62,820 nt of DNA, filler included, from Globobulimina sp. (GCA_003354225.1; 27 parts of 27 records of this genome joined end to end with filler, not necessarily neighbours in it), one strand, 5' to 3'; numbered from the whole stretch's first letter, positions 38,335-50,698 are shown. Notes: generated by a model not told the origin, from the sequence alone. A program made the numbers and translations.

Positions 38335-39042
38335 ATGTCTCTAAAGAATGAACAAAAAGGAGATAATAACGTCAACCTTCAAGTTCTAAACCCTCCACAC
38401 AAATTAGTGACATTGTCCCGCAACAAAGGCAAATCACCTTCCAAAATTAGAAGAGAGTCCCGGCGATCTGCTGAACATCATTTGAGAGAACAATATCCAT
38501 TACATAATTCATATGATGATGAATTGTTATTCGGTGACAGTATATGTGATCCAGATCCATTAGGCGGGAATTGGTTTGATCACTTTGATGTATCTAATGA
38601 TAATTGTATGGAGCAACCAAATCCATCGATGTCAGCAAATGGTGTTAAAGCATATGTACCTGTCGAACCACCGAAAAAAAGAAGAAAAATAAATATAGAT
38701 TCATGTCATAATAAACCTGTATTTAATGGCATTGAATATAGTGAAGCAGTTCAAACATCACCTATTGAACAAAAAATTATAATCCAAGTAAATGATAAAA
38801 ATCAAATTATGCCTGTAATTGAAGAGAATAATAATATTAAAGAAGTTAGAAAATTTCTAAAATCATTAGATTTGAGTGATTATTGTGATATGTTGATTGG
38901 AAATGGACGCGATTCGATGTGTAGATTATGTTTAGTGTCAAGGGATAAATTACAAGAATTAGGAATGAAAGACGGCCATGCGGATGAATTAATATATCAT
39001 TTACAACACGAAAAAATCAAATATCTTAAACATAAAGACTGA
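38335..39042 (+). CDS. SAM-domain protein
   Basis: EVRKFLKSLDLSDYCDMLIGNGRDSM...DKLQELGMKDGHADELI. Confidence 0.75.
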   Translation: MSLKNEQKGDNNVNLQVLNPPHKLVTLSRNKGKSPSKIRRESRRSAEHHLREQYPLHNSYDDELLFGDSICDPDPLGGNWFDHFDVSNDNCMEQPNPSMSANGVKAYVPVEPPKKRRKINIDSCHNKPVFNGIEYSEAVQTSPIEQKIIIQVNDKNQIMPVIEENNNIKEVRKFLKSLDLSDYCDMLIGNGRDSMCRLCLVSRDKLQELGMKDGHADELIYHLQHEKIKYLKHKD

Positions 39043-40132
39043 TATTGTACCATAATGGACACACTAGTACATAATAATTATTATGCGTTATTTATTTTTT
39101 TCTTGATTTTTGTTGTTTGGTCGATCGTTGCTTTGCTTGATTAATAAACCGTTTTTAAGAATTTTAAGTTGATTTGCAATGTTTGAAGTAATCAAAACAC
39201 AAACCGTTTCTGAGTTTGCACAAACTGTTATCGAAATACCTGTAATATAAATGTTTATTTCCCGTTCTAAGTGTATTTTTGTAGTCAGTAAGAAAAATAT
39301 TTCGTATCCTCATGACCACTGCTCTCAAACTAGCAAAACTTGTCCCAAATCGATCCATACTTGTATGTATTAATTGTATTTGTGTATAGATCACATAGAT
39401 GACATATAATTAATGATAACAATTAAATGGCACAATATATTTAGAACAAACTATTTTATTATAGTAACAGAAAAATAACAACATGCAACAAATGTCCCTT
39501 TTATGCATCAAAAAATATGTCCATAAATCANNNNNNNNNNNNNNNNNNNNNNNNNNNNNNNNNNNNNNNNNNNNTTAATTAATTAANNNNNNNNNNNNNN
39601 NNNNNNNNNNNNNNNNNNNNNNNNNNNNNNTTTCTTATTAATAAATGATTTTTTGGACACTGCGCCAATCTCAAAATGTAATGCTGATTCTTTATGTAGA
39701 TCATTGGAGATATATTGTTCAATTTGCTTTAATATATCATATAAATGAGTGTCAGGACTATACGTTACACGCAAATTGGTTGATTTATTATATTCTGGTC
39801 GCGATCGACATTTCAGGTGAATCGGTAATTGCATTTCATGTCCCAATGTTGATATGTCCTCCATAGATACACTGTATTTCTTACCCATACTCTGATTAAC
39901 AATTAAAGCGAAGAATAGTTAAATTAAAAACAGCTTAAACAAAAACTTTCGCCATGAAAATACTAACAATCAGACACTGAACGTTTCCTTTGACACAACA
40001 AACGTTAGAAAAAAAGGGTAACCCTTGCTTTTATTCACAAAAATAAATGTTTTAAGTTAGGCGAACCGATACTAGCTAACAATGCTGCAACGTGTCTAGC
40101 AACGCAATTGCAATGGAGTTATTTTGGGTGTT

Positions 40133-41061
40133 TCAGAATTTTGTCATATCCGCAATGTTTGAATGGTTCTTCGCTTCCTTGTGCTCGTTTTTTTGTTCCA
40201 TATCATTTACTTCCTGACAATAAGTAACCGGACCAACACAATCTGCACTCCATTCAGCAATATCAGCGTCAAAATATGCGATATTATTCAAGTTCCGTTT
40301 TTGCATTATATATTTTTGTACATTGTTATCAAAATCCATCATTGGTTTCAACGCTGGCAATTCAAATTCCTGTGTCGATTTATTAAATCTTCCAACATCA
40401 TACACATAAAATGTTGCAATGTTTTTATTATTTTTATCACTTGAAAATTGTTTAACTAATGTACTGTATTCTTGCTGTACCACATATCCGCCACCAAAAC
40501 AGATAATAATTTTAGCCTTTGTTATATGTATAGCTTCGGTTCCTAAATCAATAAAATTTCTAATTTGTGCTAATGGTTTTAATGCAAAATGAATCGATAA
40601 TTTTTTGCTGTATTTGGATATTCTTAATTTATTTGACCAGCAATTAGTAAATCTGTGAATATCTTTTTGTTTAATAAATGCTAAAAATAACCAATGTTTT
40701 TGGTTGTTTGTGATTGGGTGTTTCTGTGTATTTTTCTGTAGATTACTTAATTTAAATAATGCGTCAAATAATAATGGAATCATAAATGTAAATGAATCAT
40801 TATTATATGAATCGCCATCCCATATTAAACTGCCTCCGTTTTCTAATAAGGTATATAGTGTATGGATGCAATGCGATTGCAATTTCTGTATTTTGTTGCT
40901 GTAATAAAATATATATGGTGTTTGTAGATATAATGTAAATTGACAATTACGTACTTTTTGAAGTTGATATACCTCCCAAATCCTTTAAAATGGACTACTG
41001 GAGGAGGTAAACTGTGTTGCAATGGAGGACTTGCGTCAAGGACATTGATTGTAGCAAACAT
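40133..41061 (-). CDS. Hypothetical protein, probably spliced
   Basis: Globular-looking segments VHFKGFG, LIWDGD...DSFT and ICFGGGYVVQQE; exon junction not resolved. Confidence 0.45.
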
Positions 41062-41139
41062 TTGATGATTATTAATAAAAACTTTGATGTACAAAAAACC
41101 TAATTCAAAATAAAAACAGTTTCGCATCACACCACAATC

Positions 41140-41860
41140 ATGGCTAGAAAAGCAGCATACACATCGATACTCTCACTATTTTTAATCAGTGAATTAACCG
41201 CTCAACGAGGATTAGGCTGTGTTGTTACGTGACAATTCCATCCAAAACTCCTTTTATTTCGTTTGTAAACATCAACACAAACTAAACACTTTCTTACAGC
41301 AAACGACGTGTTCAATTGCAGGACAAGTGCGAATCGACGTTATTTTAGACGCGTATGGTAATTATGCAGGTGGCTGTAACTGTGCCTGCGACCCATTAGT
41401 CCCATGCAACCCGCCCAATATTTTAAATTTCGACGCCATGAGCGGTTTAGGCGATTGTTCGTGCCACGCCCCTCAACCCCCAGCCTCTCCCATCATGCCC
41501 TTACCCTCCCCGCCACGCGCCATCGTCAGCGAAGTGTTATGCGATACCGATCGAGGGACCTGCCAATGTCCAGTGGGGCATGTTGGTGAATGCAGGATTC
41601 GTTGCGAAGGTCCAGACGCCTGCAAAGATGCCAATATCCATTGCAATAACGACGGTTATGGCTGTTTTGTAGACTGCATATCAGAGAATTCGTGCGGTGG
41701 AAGTAGCAGCATTATGGGCCCGGTCGATGGCGCATTGAGTGTGACTTGCTTCGGCGAGAAAGCCTGCGAAGGACATACGCAAATTGATGGCGAAGCGGGC
41801 ACCGACTTAAGCGTGACCTGTGAGGGCGACACGTCGTGCAAAGATGCCGAGTTTAACTTT
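41140..41860 (+). CDS. Secreted Cys-rich repeat protein, 3' partial
   Basis: Signal peptide MARKAAYTSILSLFLIS; repeated C.G..AC / C....SC units. Confidence 0.7.
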
Positions 41861-42535
41861 NNNNNNNNNNNNNNNNNNNNNNNNNNNNNNNNNNNNNNNN
41901 NNNNTTAATTAATTAANNNNNNNNNNNNNNNNNNNNNNNNNNNNNNNNNNNNNNNNNNNNGTAAAATGTAATATGTAATATGAAAACTAAAAATGTATAA
42001 TATATTTTGTGGTATATCATTTTCATTAAATATCAATCTGAACATATTAGTTAATATCGCGTTTTAACGTTTGTATCATGGTTAATTTGCATAATTTGCT
42101 GTGCAAACTGTGGCGAAATTAATCAATAGAAATATAATGTTACTCTTTGATAAGGAACGTATGATATAAAATATTTGTCGCTTTATGACGAACGTTTCTA
42201 TTTTGCATAGTCAACAATATTTGCAATTTGCAATTATCCACATAACAGAATGTAATAATTTGAAAAAGAAATGGCAAATATCGTATACAAATACATGTAT
42301 TAATTATTACAGTCCGCATGTGTATGTGTAATTTATTTCAAATATTTCGGCTCATACAAATATTAATAATTTCTTGATATTTCTTGGAATAAAAACGTTC
42401 GTTCAAAAAAGAACATAAGCGACAAAAATGCCACTTGTATATATTGGGAAATGTATTAATAATATCCAGTACAATTAACGTACGTTTTTGTGGAGAAACT
42501 GGGTATTTCGAGTCCTATTATCGTTTTTGTATAAT

Positions 42536-42814
42536 TTATTTTTGTTTACATGTGGCAGATATCGATGTAAATATAATCAAAACTTTAATGTTGGAGTGAA
42601 CGTTGTATATGGCAGATTTGAATGGAATTATTAAACCGGATCGATTTTTAAATGAATCACTCTGAACAATAAATTCCAACATGAACATAAGTTCTAAGCA
42701 CGATTTGGATTTAATTTGATTAACGCTTTCAACATTAAACTTTTTTAATTCTCCTTCAATCGATGCTGGAAAATTGTTAATTTGTAACCAATAACTTATC
42801 GTTTGATTACTCAT
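42536..42814 (-). CDS. Small SAM-like N-terminal protein or first exon
   Basis: TISYWLQINNFPASIEGELKKFNVES. Confidence 0.3.
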   Translation of the reverse strand: MSNQTISYWLQINNFPASIEGELKKFNVESVNQIKSKSCLELMFMLEFIVQSDSFKNRSGLIIPFKSAIYNVHSNIKVLIIFTSISATCKQK

Positions 42815-43245
42815 TATGGAGTGTGTAGTTGAATTGGATTAGTCGGATCGATGCGATCTAAGAAACAAGAAATTGACGGTAAGGAAAGGATGTCGAAAAT
42901 GTATATTGAAGTGATGTTTTTTTTTATCAATACGACCTCAAAACCGACAATACGAAGATGACTCATATTTATGAATTATTTCAATTGAAAACAGAATGTT
43001 TAATTTTATAGTATTTCATTTGAGAGTTGTCGTTCTTTTAATCACTGCAGTCACAGCTTATGAACTATTGACCTGATTTTAACTTTGGGAGTTGATCGAC
43101 CACCACAATTCTCATGATAATATTTAATATTTGTATACAAAAGCAATTGCAACAAAAGTGTTTCCAAACCTGTACTTGTTTGGTGTTTGTTTATAATTAT
43201 CACGTCAAACCTATCATAATCTGTATTCTTTGTATCTGTGCAATC

Positions 43246-43983
43246 ATGGAAGAGAATGAGAATAAAGAGCAGAATGAGACTGCAGATGAAACTAAAACGT
43301 ACGATGATATTCGCGCAGATTGGTATAATCAATTATGGTCAAATCGCAATTCAGTGATCGATCTCTATTTTACTAAATTAAAAGAATGTGAATCAAACCG
43401 AGTGACAGAAGTAAACGGATCAATATGTATTCAAAATTATTTCCGAATGTATCAATCGAAAACAAAATTTAATTTGCTGCATAGTTCGGCTATACAGATT
43501 CAGCGTATTTTCAGAGGATACACCGCCAGAAATTATGTTACTTTTGAAGTAAAAATCAAACATAAACTCAATCAACAAAATTTGTTTTATAATCGAATGG
43601 CAACTTTGATACAAAAGTGTTTTCGTGGATATTCATCAAGAAAATCTATATTGGACTTTTATGGTCGGAAAAATTATATAAATCAAATTACTATAAAATC
43701 AAATAATTTATTAACAGAACTACGAGATCAATATGATAAAAATATTGAAACACAAAAGAGAATGGAAGAAATGAAGAAAGCTGAAAAATTTGAAAAATTA
43801 ATTGGCAATTTACATCATTTAGTATCTACAAAACAAATTAACGGTGTATTTAGGTCACCATTTGGCCATCAATTTAGTGCGACTGCATATGGTATTTCTG
43901 TCGAACAACATATTAAACAAAAGTTCCATTCACGATTCGAAAAACAATATTATTCCACTTCTCATCAAATCGACAAATTATAG
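43246..43983 (+). CDS. SPATA17: Spermatogenesis-associated protein 17-like IQ-motif (ciliary) protein
   Basis: Three IQ motifs (IQNYFRMY, IQRIFRGY, IQKCFRGY), SRKSILDFYGRK and LHHLVSTKQINGVFRSPF. Confidence 0.8.
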   Translation: MEENENKEQNETADETKTYDDIRADWYNQLWSNRNSVIDLYFTKLKECESNRVTEVNGSICIQNYFRMYQSKTKFNLLHSSAIQIQRIFRGYTARNYVTFEVKIKHKLNQQNLFYNRMATLIQKCFRGYSSRKSILDFYGRKNYINQITIKSNNLLTELRDQYDKNIETQKRMEEMKKAEKFEKLIGNLHHLVSTKQINGVFRSPFGHQFSATAYGISVEQHIKQKFHSRFEKQYYSTSHQIDKL

Positions 43984-44673
43984 ACATTATCAACATGTAT
44001 TCTTGTGTTTTGTGAGTATTGTTATGATAATGAAGTTTATAAATTATAATAGTACTGCAATTTAAACATTTAAAATCAACTCCAAATGGCTAATGGTTAG
44101 ATCCCCACCCCCTTTTGTATACATATCGATCAATATAAAGTACAGTTTGTACTCACTTTGCAAACCCAATTGATTTCTTAGGTTCACTTCNNNNNNNNNN
44201 NNNNNNNNNNNNNNNNNNNNNNNNNNNNNNNNNNTTAATTAATTAANNNNNNNNNNNNNNNNNNNNNNNNNNNNNNNNNNNNNNNNNNNNAGGGATTATA
44301 CGGCGATTCCTGTTTTTAGAATTAAATTTAAATCTACATAAATAAATAAATTTGTTTACAATCTGTTTTTTAATTTTTTTTAAATACTTATAAGTTTTGT
44401 GTGTTTTTTTTTAAAATACTTATTTAACTTTTTTGGCTTAGTTTCCAAGAATACTAAAATCCAAGAATATGTTACTTGATAATTATCAATGGCAACCCAG
44501 AATATTAAAAAAAAGTCACATAAAAATTCAAACCCCAAACAAGATCGATGTATACGACACACCAATTAATGCAATATACCATCATACATTCCATTCCATT
44601 CCACTGGCTTGCTTTACAACATCCGATACCAGTCCAGTCCAATCCATATGAATGATATTATTGTTTTCTTATT

Positions 44674-44941
44674 GGAATATATCGTTTAACGATATATTCC
44701 AAAAGATAAGCCCCCTGGTCGATAAGTTGTATACATTTAATTCAATTATCTGAGAAACGCTTTCCAAATCCAGAAACGGTTTGCTATAGGTTTGCCTTGG
44801 GTTTGTCTGTGTTTGTTATAACTTTGTCTTGAGTTTGCAAATCCAGAACAAAGTCAGAACAAATTTATAATTGAATTTTCGGTATACAAAGGGAGGGGGT
44901 TATCCAAAAGGGGGGGGGCTATCTTTAGAATATATCGTTTA
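44674..44941. mobile_element. MITE-like element with ~28-bp imperfect TIRs and an abutting inverted end
   Basis: Left AACGATATATTCCAAAAGATAAGCCCCC versus reverse complement of the right end AACGATATATTCTAAAGATAGCCCCC; palindrome at 44674-44700. Confidence 0.6.
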
Positions 44942-44956
44942 GCCATTGTAAACACA

Positions 44957-46519
44957 ATGGACGCTTTAAGAAGTTTGGAAGGAATTGGCAGTTTATTACA
45001 AAAGAAGGAAACTAAAGTCAAATTTAAACCAACATTTGGTCGGGCAAACAGTGTAATGCCAAAGAAAAAAAAAAGAGTAACCCTTGATGTGATTAATACA
45101 GTAACATTCAATGACAATATTAATGATTTATCGCGTGCCTATTCCTCGAGAGGAGGTATTGCTGCCCAGGTTGCTGCCTCTCTAGAAATAGCTGAGAGTG
45201 AAAGTGAAAGTGAAAAAGAGATAGAAAAAGAAAGCTGCACACCCTCCAAAGCCAATCCATTGCATTCTATATTATCAGTAACGCCAGAAACAGAAAATGC
45301 AGATATCGCGGATTATGCAGAAACGAATGAATTTATAACCATGGATAGCTATGACTCGCATGACCTTGTCAGTGATACCAGTTTACATGCAATGGGCTTA
45401 GGAGGTATTGGATTAAATATAGATGATATCGAAGATGAATATGACGAAAACGCATATGTTGAAAATGATGGATGGTACAACGATGTTTTTTTAAGTGCAA
45501 ATGTCGACGATGAAAAACAAAAACCAGCAGAAAAAGAAAAACAAAGTGATATTAATATTTTGGATGATATTAATCGATTTCCAATGGAAGAATTTGCAAA
45601 TTATCCGTCCTCAGCAGATAATAAAGACAATGCCACCAATATTAATATTATAGGCACCGGTTCCTTTGGCATTGTGATCAAATCTTTTCATTTCACTTCG
45701 TGTCAAACAGTCGCCATTAAACAGTGTCGAATATCGGATGACAAGAAGATATTATCACTATTTGTTCAAGAAGCGAATTTTTATAAAGAGTTTGTGGATA
45801 ATAAATATATAATTGATATATTAGGATTTGGCCGGAAAGAAGAAAATAATAAATTGTGCATTGCATTGGAATACATGGATTTGGAAAGTATCAGCAAAAT
45901 AAATCATAAATTGGAGGAAACGCAATTAAAATATATCTGTTTTTGTATCTTGTCCGCATTAAATACAATTCATGAAAAGAAATATGTTCATAATGACGTC
46001 AAGCCCGATAATATATTAATAAACAGCGCCGGTGAGGTCCGCTTGAGTGATTTTGGATGCTGTATTAAGATAAATGATGGTTTAGATATGGTTTATGATA
46101 ATATTTGTGGCTCAAAACAATATTTCCCGCCCGAAAAATGGTTAATATCACCACCTCAATATAATATGGCAGCAGATATCTGGTCTTTTGGTATCACATT
46201 TTATGAGTTAATAACATTATCGATGCAAAGTAACCGGGAATTTGGATTTACAGAGCCGCCAAATACGGATGAATTACTAACAAAATATAGTAAAAATTTA
46301 TGTTTATTTTTATCGAAAATGGTAATTTATGATTTTAAACAAAGATGGAATGCAAAACAATTGTTAAATCATCCATTTTTATCTGCGGCAAATAAAATTA
46401 AATCAAAAACATATTTAAAAAATAATTTAGTAAACAAAAAAGAAACTGATTTGCAATTTATGGTGGATTCGTTAATTAAATATTATAGTAATAAGAATTG
46501 GTTTGATGATAAAAACCAA
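44957..46519 (+). CDS. STE-group (MAP2K-like) protein kinase, 3' partial
   Basis: IGTGSFG, VAIK, IALEYMD, HNDVKPDN, SDFG, YFPPE, DIWSFG. Confidence 0.9.
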
Positions 46520-46619
46520 NNNNNNNNNNNNNNNNNNNNNNNNNNNNNNNNNNNNNNNNNNNNTTAATTAATTAANNNNNNNNNNNNNNNNNNNNNNNNN
46601 NNNNNNNNNNNNNNNNNNN

Positions 46620-47763
46620 ACCAATGCGGATTTTGTTTCCATACCGCCAAAACTTCACATGTATTATCCTTAAAGGAAGCCAAACAAGGTCTTAAATTAT
46701 TGGCTGAATATGGTATGTTTTCTATCTTCAGATTTGGTCTGAACATATTTTCCCTTTACATGTGAATTTATTCCTTCAAATCTAATTATTCTGAAAACGT
46801 ATTTCATATACAACATGTTTGTTATTTAGGAGTGAAAAAGATTAATTTTGCAGGTGGCGAGCCATTTATTGCACACAACGGAAAATTTTTAGGTGAATTA
46901 TTGAAATATAGTAAAGAAACATTAAATATCGAAATATGCTCAGTGGTTACAAATGGAAGCATTATACATCAGAATCCGAGATGGTTCAAAAAATATGGCA
47001 AATATTTGGATGTTTTTGCAATTTCGTGTGATTCATTCAATGATGATATTAATAAGAAAATTGGCAGATTTAACCCATCAAAAACAAATCAAACAGAAAT
47101 AGTGCAGAATTGCGCTAATTTATGTGTGGCGCATAAAATTCCATTTAAAATCAATACTGTGGTAAATACATATAATTGGAATGAAAATATGTTGAAACAT
47201 ATTCAAGTTGAGATTTTTTTGCATTACATGTAATAAAAAATTAATATATCAGTACATGTACGTTAAAACAACAGAGATTAAAACCATTTCGGTGGAAAGT
47301 CTTCCAATGTTTATTAATTGAGGGAGAAAATGATGGAAAGAGTGGTAATGATTCTTTACGAAATGCGCATACATTTTTAATTGATGACAAAAAATTTGAT
47401 TATTTTATTGAGACTCACAAATCTGTGAAAGAATTGGTGTCCGAAGACAATGAAACTATGAGAGTATGTTGTTACGTTTTATCTGAATGTACATATATAT
47501 ATATATCTAATAATAAACATTTTCGTGATATGCAGAATTCATATTTAGTGTTGGATGAATATATGCGTTTTCTAAACAATGAAAATGGTAAAAAAGAACC
47601 ATCGCAATCTATATTGGAGGTTGGTGTTGAACAAGCATTAAATGCAACATTTTTCGATGAAAAGAAGTTTATGAAAAGAGATGGAAACTATAGAAAAACT
47701 ACCATTTCGAAAGTAATACATGACAATGTTTGCGGACATAAAGATGTGGAGGAGTGTTATTGA
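46620..47763 (+). CDS. RSAD2: Viperin (radical SAM antiviral enzyme), 5' partial; exons 46620-46712, 46830-47206, 47275-47463, 47536-47763
   Basis: The spliced product reads [11 protein letters not shown]...[10 protein letters not shown]...VTNGS...AISCDS...IGR...KINTVV...[14 protein letters not shown]...[12 protein letters not shown]...SILEVGV...[11 protein letters not shown]. Confidence 0.95.
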
Positions 47764-48448
47764 TGTTATTAAAAAACTTAAATAAATAATTAATTATATT
47801 TATCACCAATCAAAACCCTTGTGTTTTTTTGTTATTTTTTGTTTGGAAACAAATGTTTAATAAATATTATTGTTGTTTGACAAATTGAGTGAAATCTTCT
47901 TTTTTTATTAATTATTACCACAACTACAAAAATGTTGTCTAGAAATAATACAATATGTAGGTTTATTGTGCATTTCGCATCCTTTGTGATTATTATGATC
48001 ATGAAGTGAGCTAGTCATCGTTTTTGGGTTACAAAATTATAGGACACAGAATCGCTCTCTTTAAAAGCAGACCTTTTTCCTATATTATGCACCAAATTCG
48101 GCAACGTTTGATTGGTGCCTTAATGAAACATAACGCACAGATGATTCATATCTAATATTGATTCATTGCGTATATATTTTTGCAACAAGTTTAAAAACAT
48201 GTATATGCACTAATTATATAATCGCTACGTACGTTTCTAAAATAGAAACGATTTGACCGTGTTTACATTTTTGGTGAATGAATGTGTTGCTGAACATTTC
48301 TATTGACACAACTTTTGAAAAAGGTAGCAATCTTACATGCAAAACATGCAAAACAATTAAGAACGCTACAATCAATTTTTCAGTGTCAGACATTTGTATG
48401 TTACATAGGTACATATTACATATAGCTATCGGTATATATTCCAAGCTG

Positions 48449-48848
48449 TTATTTAAAATGACCGTATTTCGATTGTAATCTTGTTAACATTAATAATATT
48501 TCGGTTCTTTTAATATCGTTATTTTTATTGGTTTCTTCTAGTAAGCTTTGAAATTGTTGTTTGGACCGTTTGTTTTCAACTTGTAAATCCCATATTTGCT
48601 TCTTTAATAAAATGTTCTCTTCTTGCAAACACCTCAAGCTTGTCTCAATTGTGTCCTTATCTGCAGCTGTCACATTTAAATTTGATGTTTCTTGTTCGCC
48701 AATATATTGTGTTTTTGATTGTGTTTTATTAACTGAATTATTATTATATTGTTTTTGTATAAAGCAGTATGTGATGTACGCGAATACTAGTAACAATAAA
48801 GTGCGCTTTAATTTAGTGTCTGCGAATGGAAAAAGTAGTTCCAACAAT
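48449..48848 (-). CDS. TM plus coiled-coil protein, 5' partial
   Basis: Hydrophobic helix followed by a heptad-rich region. Confidence 0.4.
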
Positions 48849-48948
48849 NNNNNNNNNNNNNNNNNNNNNNNNNNNNNNNNNNNNNNNNNNNNTTAATTAA
48901 TTAANNNNNNNNNNNNNNNNNNNNNNNNNNNNNNNNNNNNNNNNNNNN

Positions 48949-50415
48949 TGGTATTGGCCACAATTTATAGCTGATGAGGGAACAGCAAACACATTGTATA
49001 AATCAGAATGTTTAGAAGCATTAAATGGAAGTTATGCCATTAACTCTGAAAGTTATCCTAAATTTACATATAGCGATACTGATGAATTTATGTTATTTGA
49101 TTTGAACACTGATAAGATTGAAGCCTGCAATCTTGCGAATGCAGTGGGTTCCCAATATACAGACAAAATTAGTGAATTATTGGCAATATTAGAAACACGA
49201 AGTGGTGAATATAGCAGAGAGCCAGAAACGGAACGTAGTGTTGGTGCAATGTGGGAACAGGTCAATTCTTATAATTGTACCACACAAAGTACGTATTTGC
49301 TACCCTGGGATGGACAGAATGAGGATAAATGCGGACCGATTGAGGAAACCATAAATGATATCACAGCCAGAGATTGTAGTCCTATTTGGCAGAGATTGAA
49401 TGAGATAAAACAAAATTGTCCAACTGAAACACCAACAACTGGAGCCCCGACAACTGGAACCCCGACAACTGGAACCCCGACAACCAAAACACCAACAACT
49501 GGAATGCCAACAAATGGGACCCAGACAAATGGGACCCAGACAAATGGAACCCAGACAACTGGAACTCCGACAACTGGAACCCCGACAACATTTTTTACTC
49601 AAATTCCGACAACTGCAACCCCAACAACTGGAACACCAACAACCAAAACCCCGACAACTGGAAATCCGACAACATTTTTCACTCAAATCCCGACAACTGG
49701 AACCCCAACAACTGGAACCCCGACAACTGGAACCCCGACAACTGGAACCCCGACAACTGGAACCCCGACAACTGGAACCCCGACAATTGGAATGCCAACA
49801 ACTGCAATGCCAACAGTTGCAATGCCAACTGGAACCCCAACAACTGGAACACCAACAACAGCTCCAACACAAATTGTAAATTTCATAGCAACTCCAACAT
49901 TGAATTGGCAAGACGCAGATGATAATTGTGGTGGTAATATTCATTTAGTGACTGTTATGTCAGACAGAAATAAAGATATTATTACTCAGTATTTATCGGA
50001 CAGTGGAACGCAATCTGCCTGGATTGGATTAAAACAAAATACAGCCACCAATGCATTTGAATGGGCGGATGGAACAAATTGTAGTGAGAATAATAATAAC
50101 TGCGTAGCCGCTTCTTTTTGGGGGCCAAATGAGCTGGGTTCTAATGAGTGTGTCGCGATTAATTCCAATGGCAAATTTAGAACCAAACATTGTAATCAAC
50201 GGAAAGCATATTTTTGTTCTGTGTCAGAAGCATCGGCAGCATATATTACAGGCAAAACAGAATCGAGTTCATTACATAAATATATTTATTATGTTTATGT
50301 TGGTTTAATAGTTTTTGTTGGATTTGTAGTGTTAATTATATTGATTGGATGTATTTTGTTTAAAGATAGAAAAGTGACAATTGATAATTCATCAAAAGGT
50401 TGGGTAATGGTTTGA
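48949..50415 (+). CDS. Membrane protein with sulfatase-like C-terminal segment, mucin-like PTTGT stalk, C-type lectin and TM; 5' partial
   Basis: FMLFDLNTDKIEACNLA...ISELLAIL; PTTGT-type repeats; LNWQDADDNC...AWIGL...FEWADG...ECV...C...YFC; TM helix. Confidence 0.75.
   Translation, partial: WYWPQFIADEGTANTLYKSECLEALNGSYAINSESYPKFTYSDTDEFMLFDLNTDKIEACNLANAVGSQYTDKISELLAILETRSGEYSREPETERSVGAMWEQVNSYNCTTQSTYLLPWDGQNEDKCGPIEETINDITARDCSPIWQRLNEIKQNCPTETPTTGAPTTGTPTTGTPTTKTPTTGMPTNGTQTNGTQTNGTQTTGTPTTGTPTTFFTQIPTTATPTTGTPTTKTPTTGNPTTFFTQIPTTGTPTTGTPTTGTPTTGTPTTGTPTTGTPTIGMPTTAMPTVAMPTGTPTTGTPTTAPTQIVNFIATPTLNWQDADDNCGGNIHLVTVMSDRNKDIITQYLSDSGTQSAWIGLKQNTATNAFEWADGTNCSENNNNCVAASFWGPNELGSNECVAINSNGKFRTKHCNQRKAYFCSVSEASAAYITGKTESSSLHKYIYYVYVGLIVFVGFVVLIILIGCILFKDRKVTIDNSSKGWVMV
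49430..49870 (+). repeat. Coding 15-bp tandem repeat (CCGACAACTGGAACC; PTTGT)
   Basis: More than 20 degenerate copies. Confidence 0.95.
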
Positions 50416-50646
50416 TATTGATATATTTATGCTGTATATGCGCAATATTTTTATATTTTTATTATTTTTTTTATCCAATATTAATATTTGTTTTTGTATC
50501 CAATAATATTTACAGTACTTGTTTCAGAAATATCTTTCATCGCAGCACAAACGCCATGTCACCGTTCCATCAGCAATAAAAAGCAGTGATCCATTCGCCA
50601 TCATCAACATCTAAGCCACAGAAATTGGCCCATCATAATTCAATGC

Positions 50647-50698
50647 TAGCATTCGCATATTGTTGGTAGCATTCGCATATTGTTGGTAGCATTCGCAT
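50647..50698. repeat. 20-bp tandem repeat, about 2.5 copies
   Basis: TAGCATTCGCATATTGTTGG repeated. Confidence 0.85.

Noticed and set aside
49269-49944. Several overlapping ORFs with repetitive peptides (RGSSC, FQLSG, LEPRQ)
   Set aside because: They are shadow frames of the 15-bp PTTGT coding repeat.
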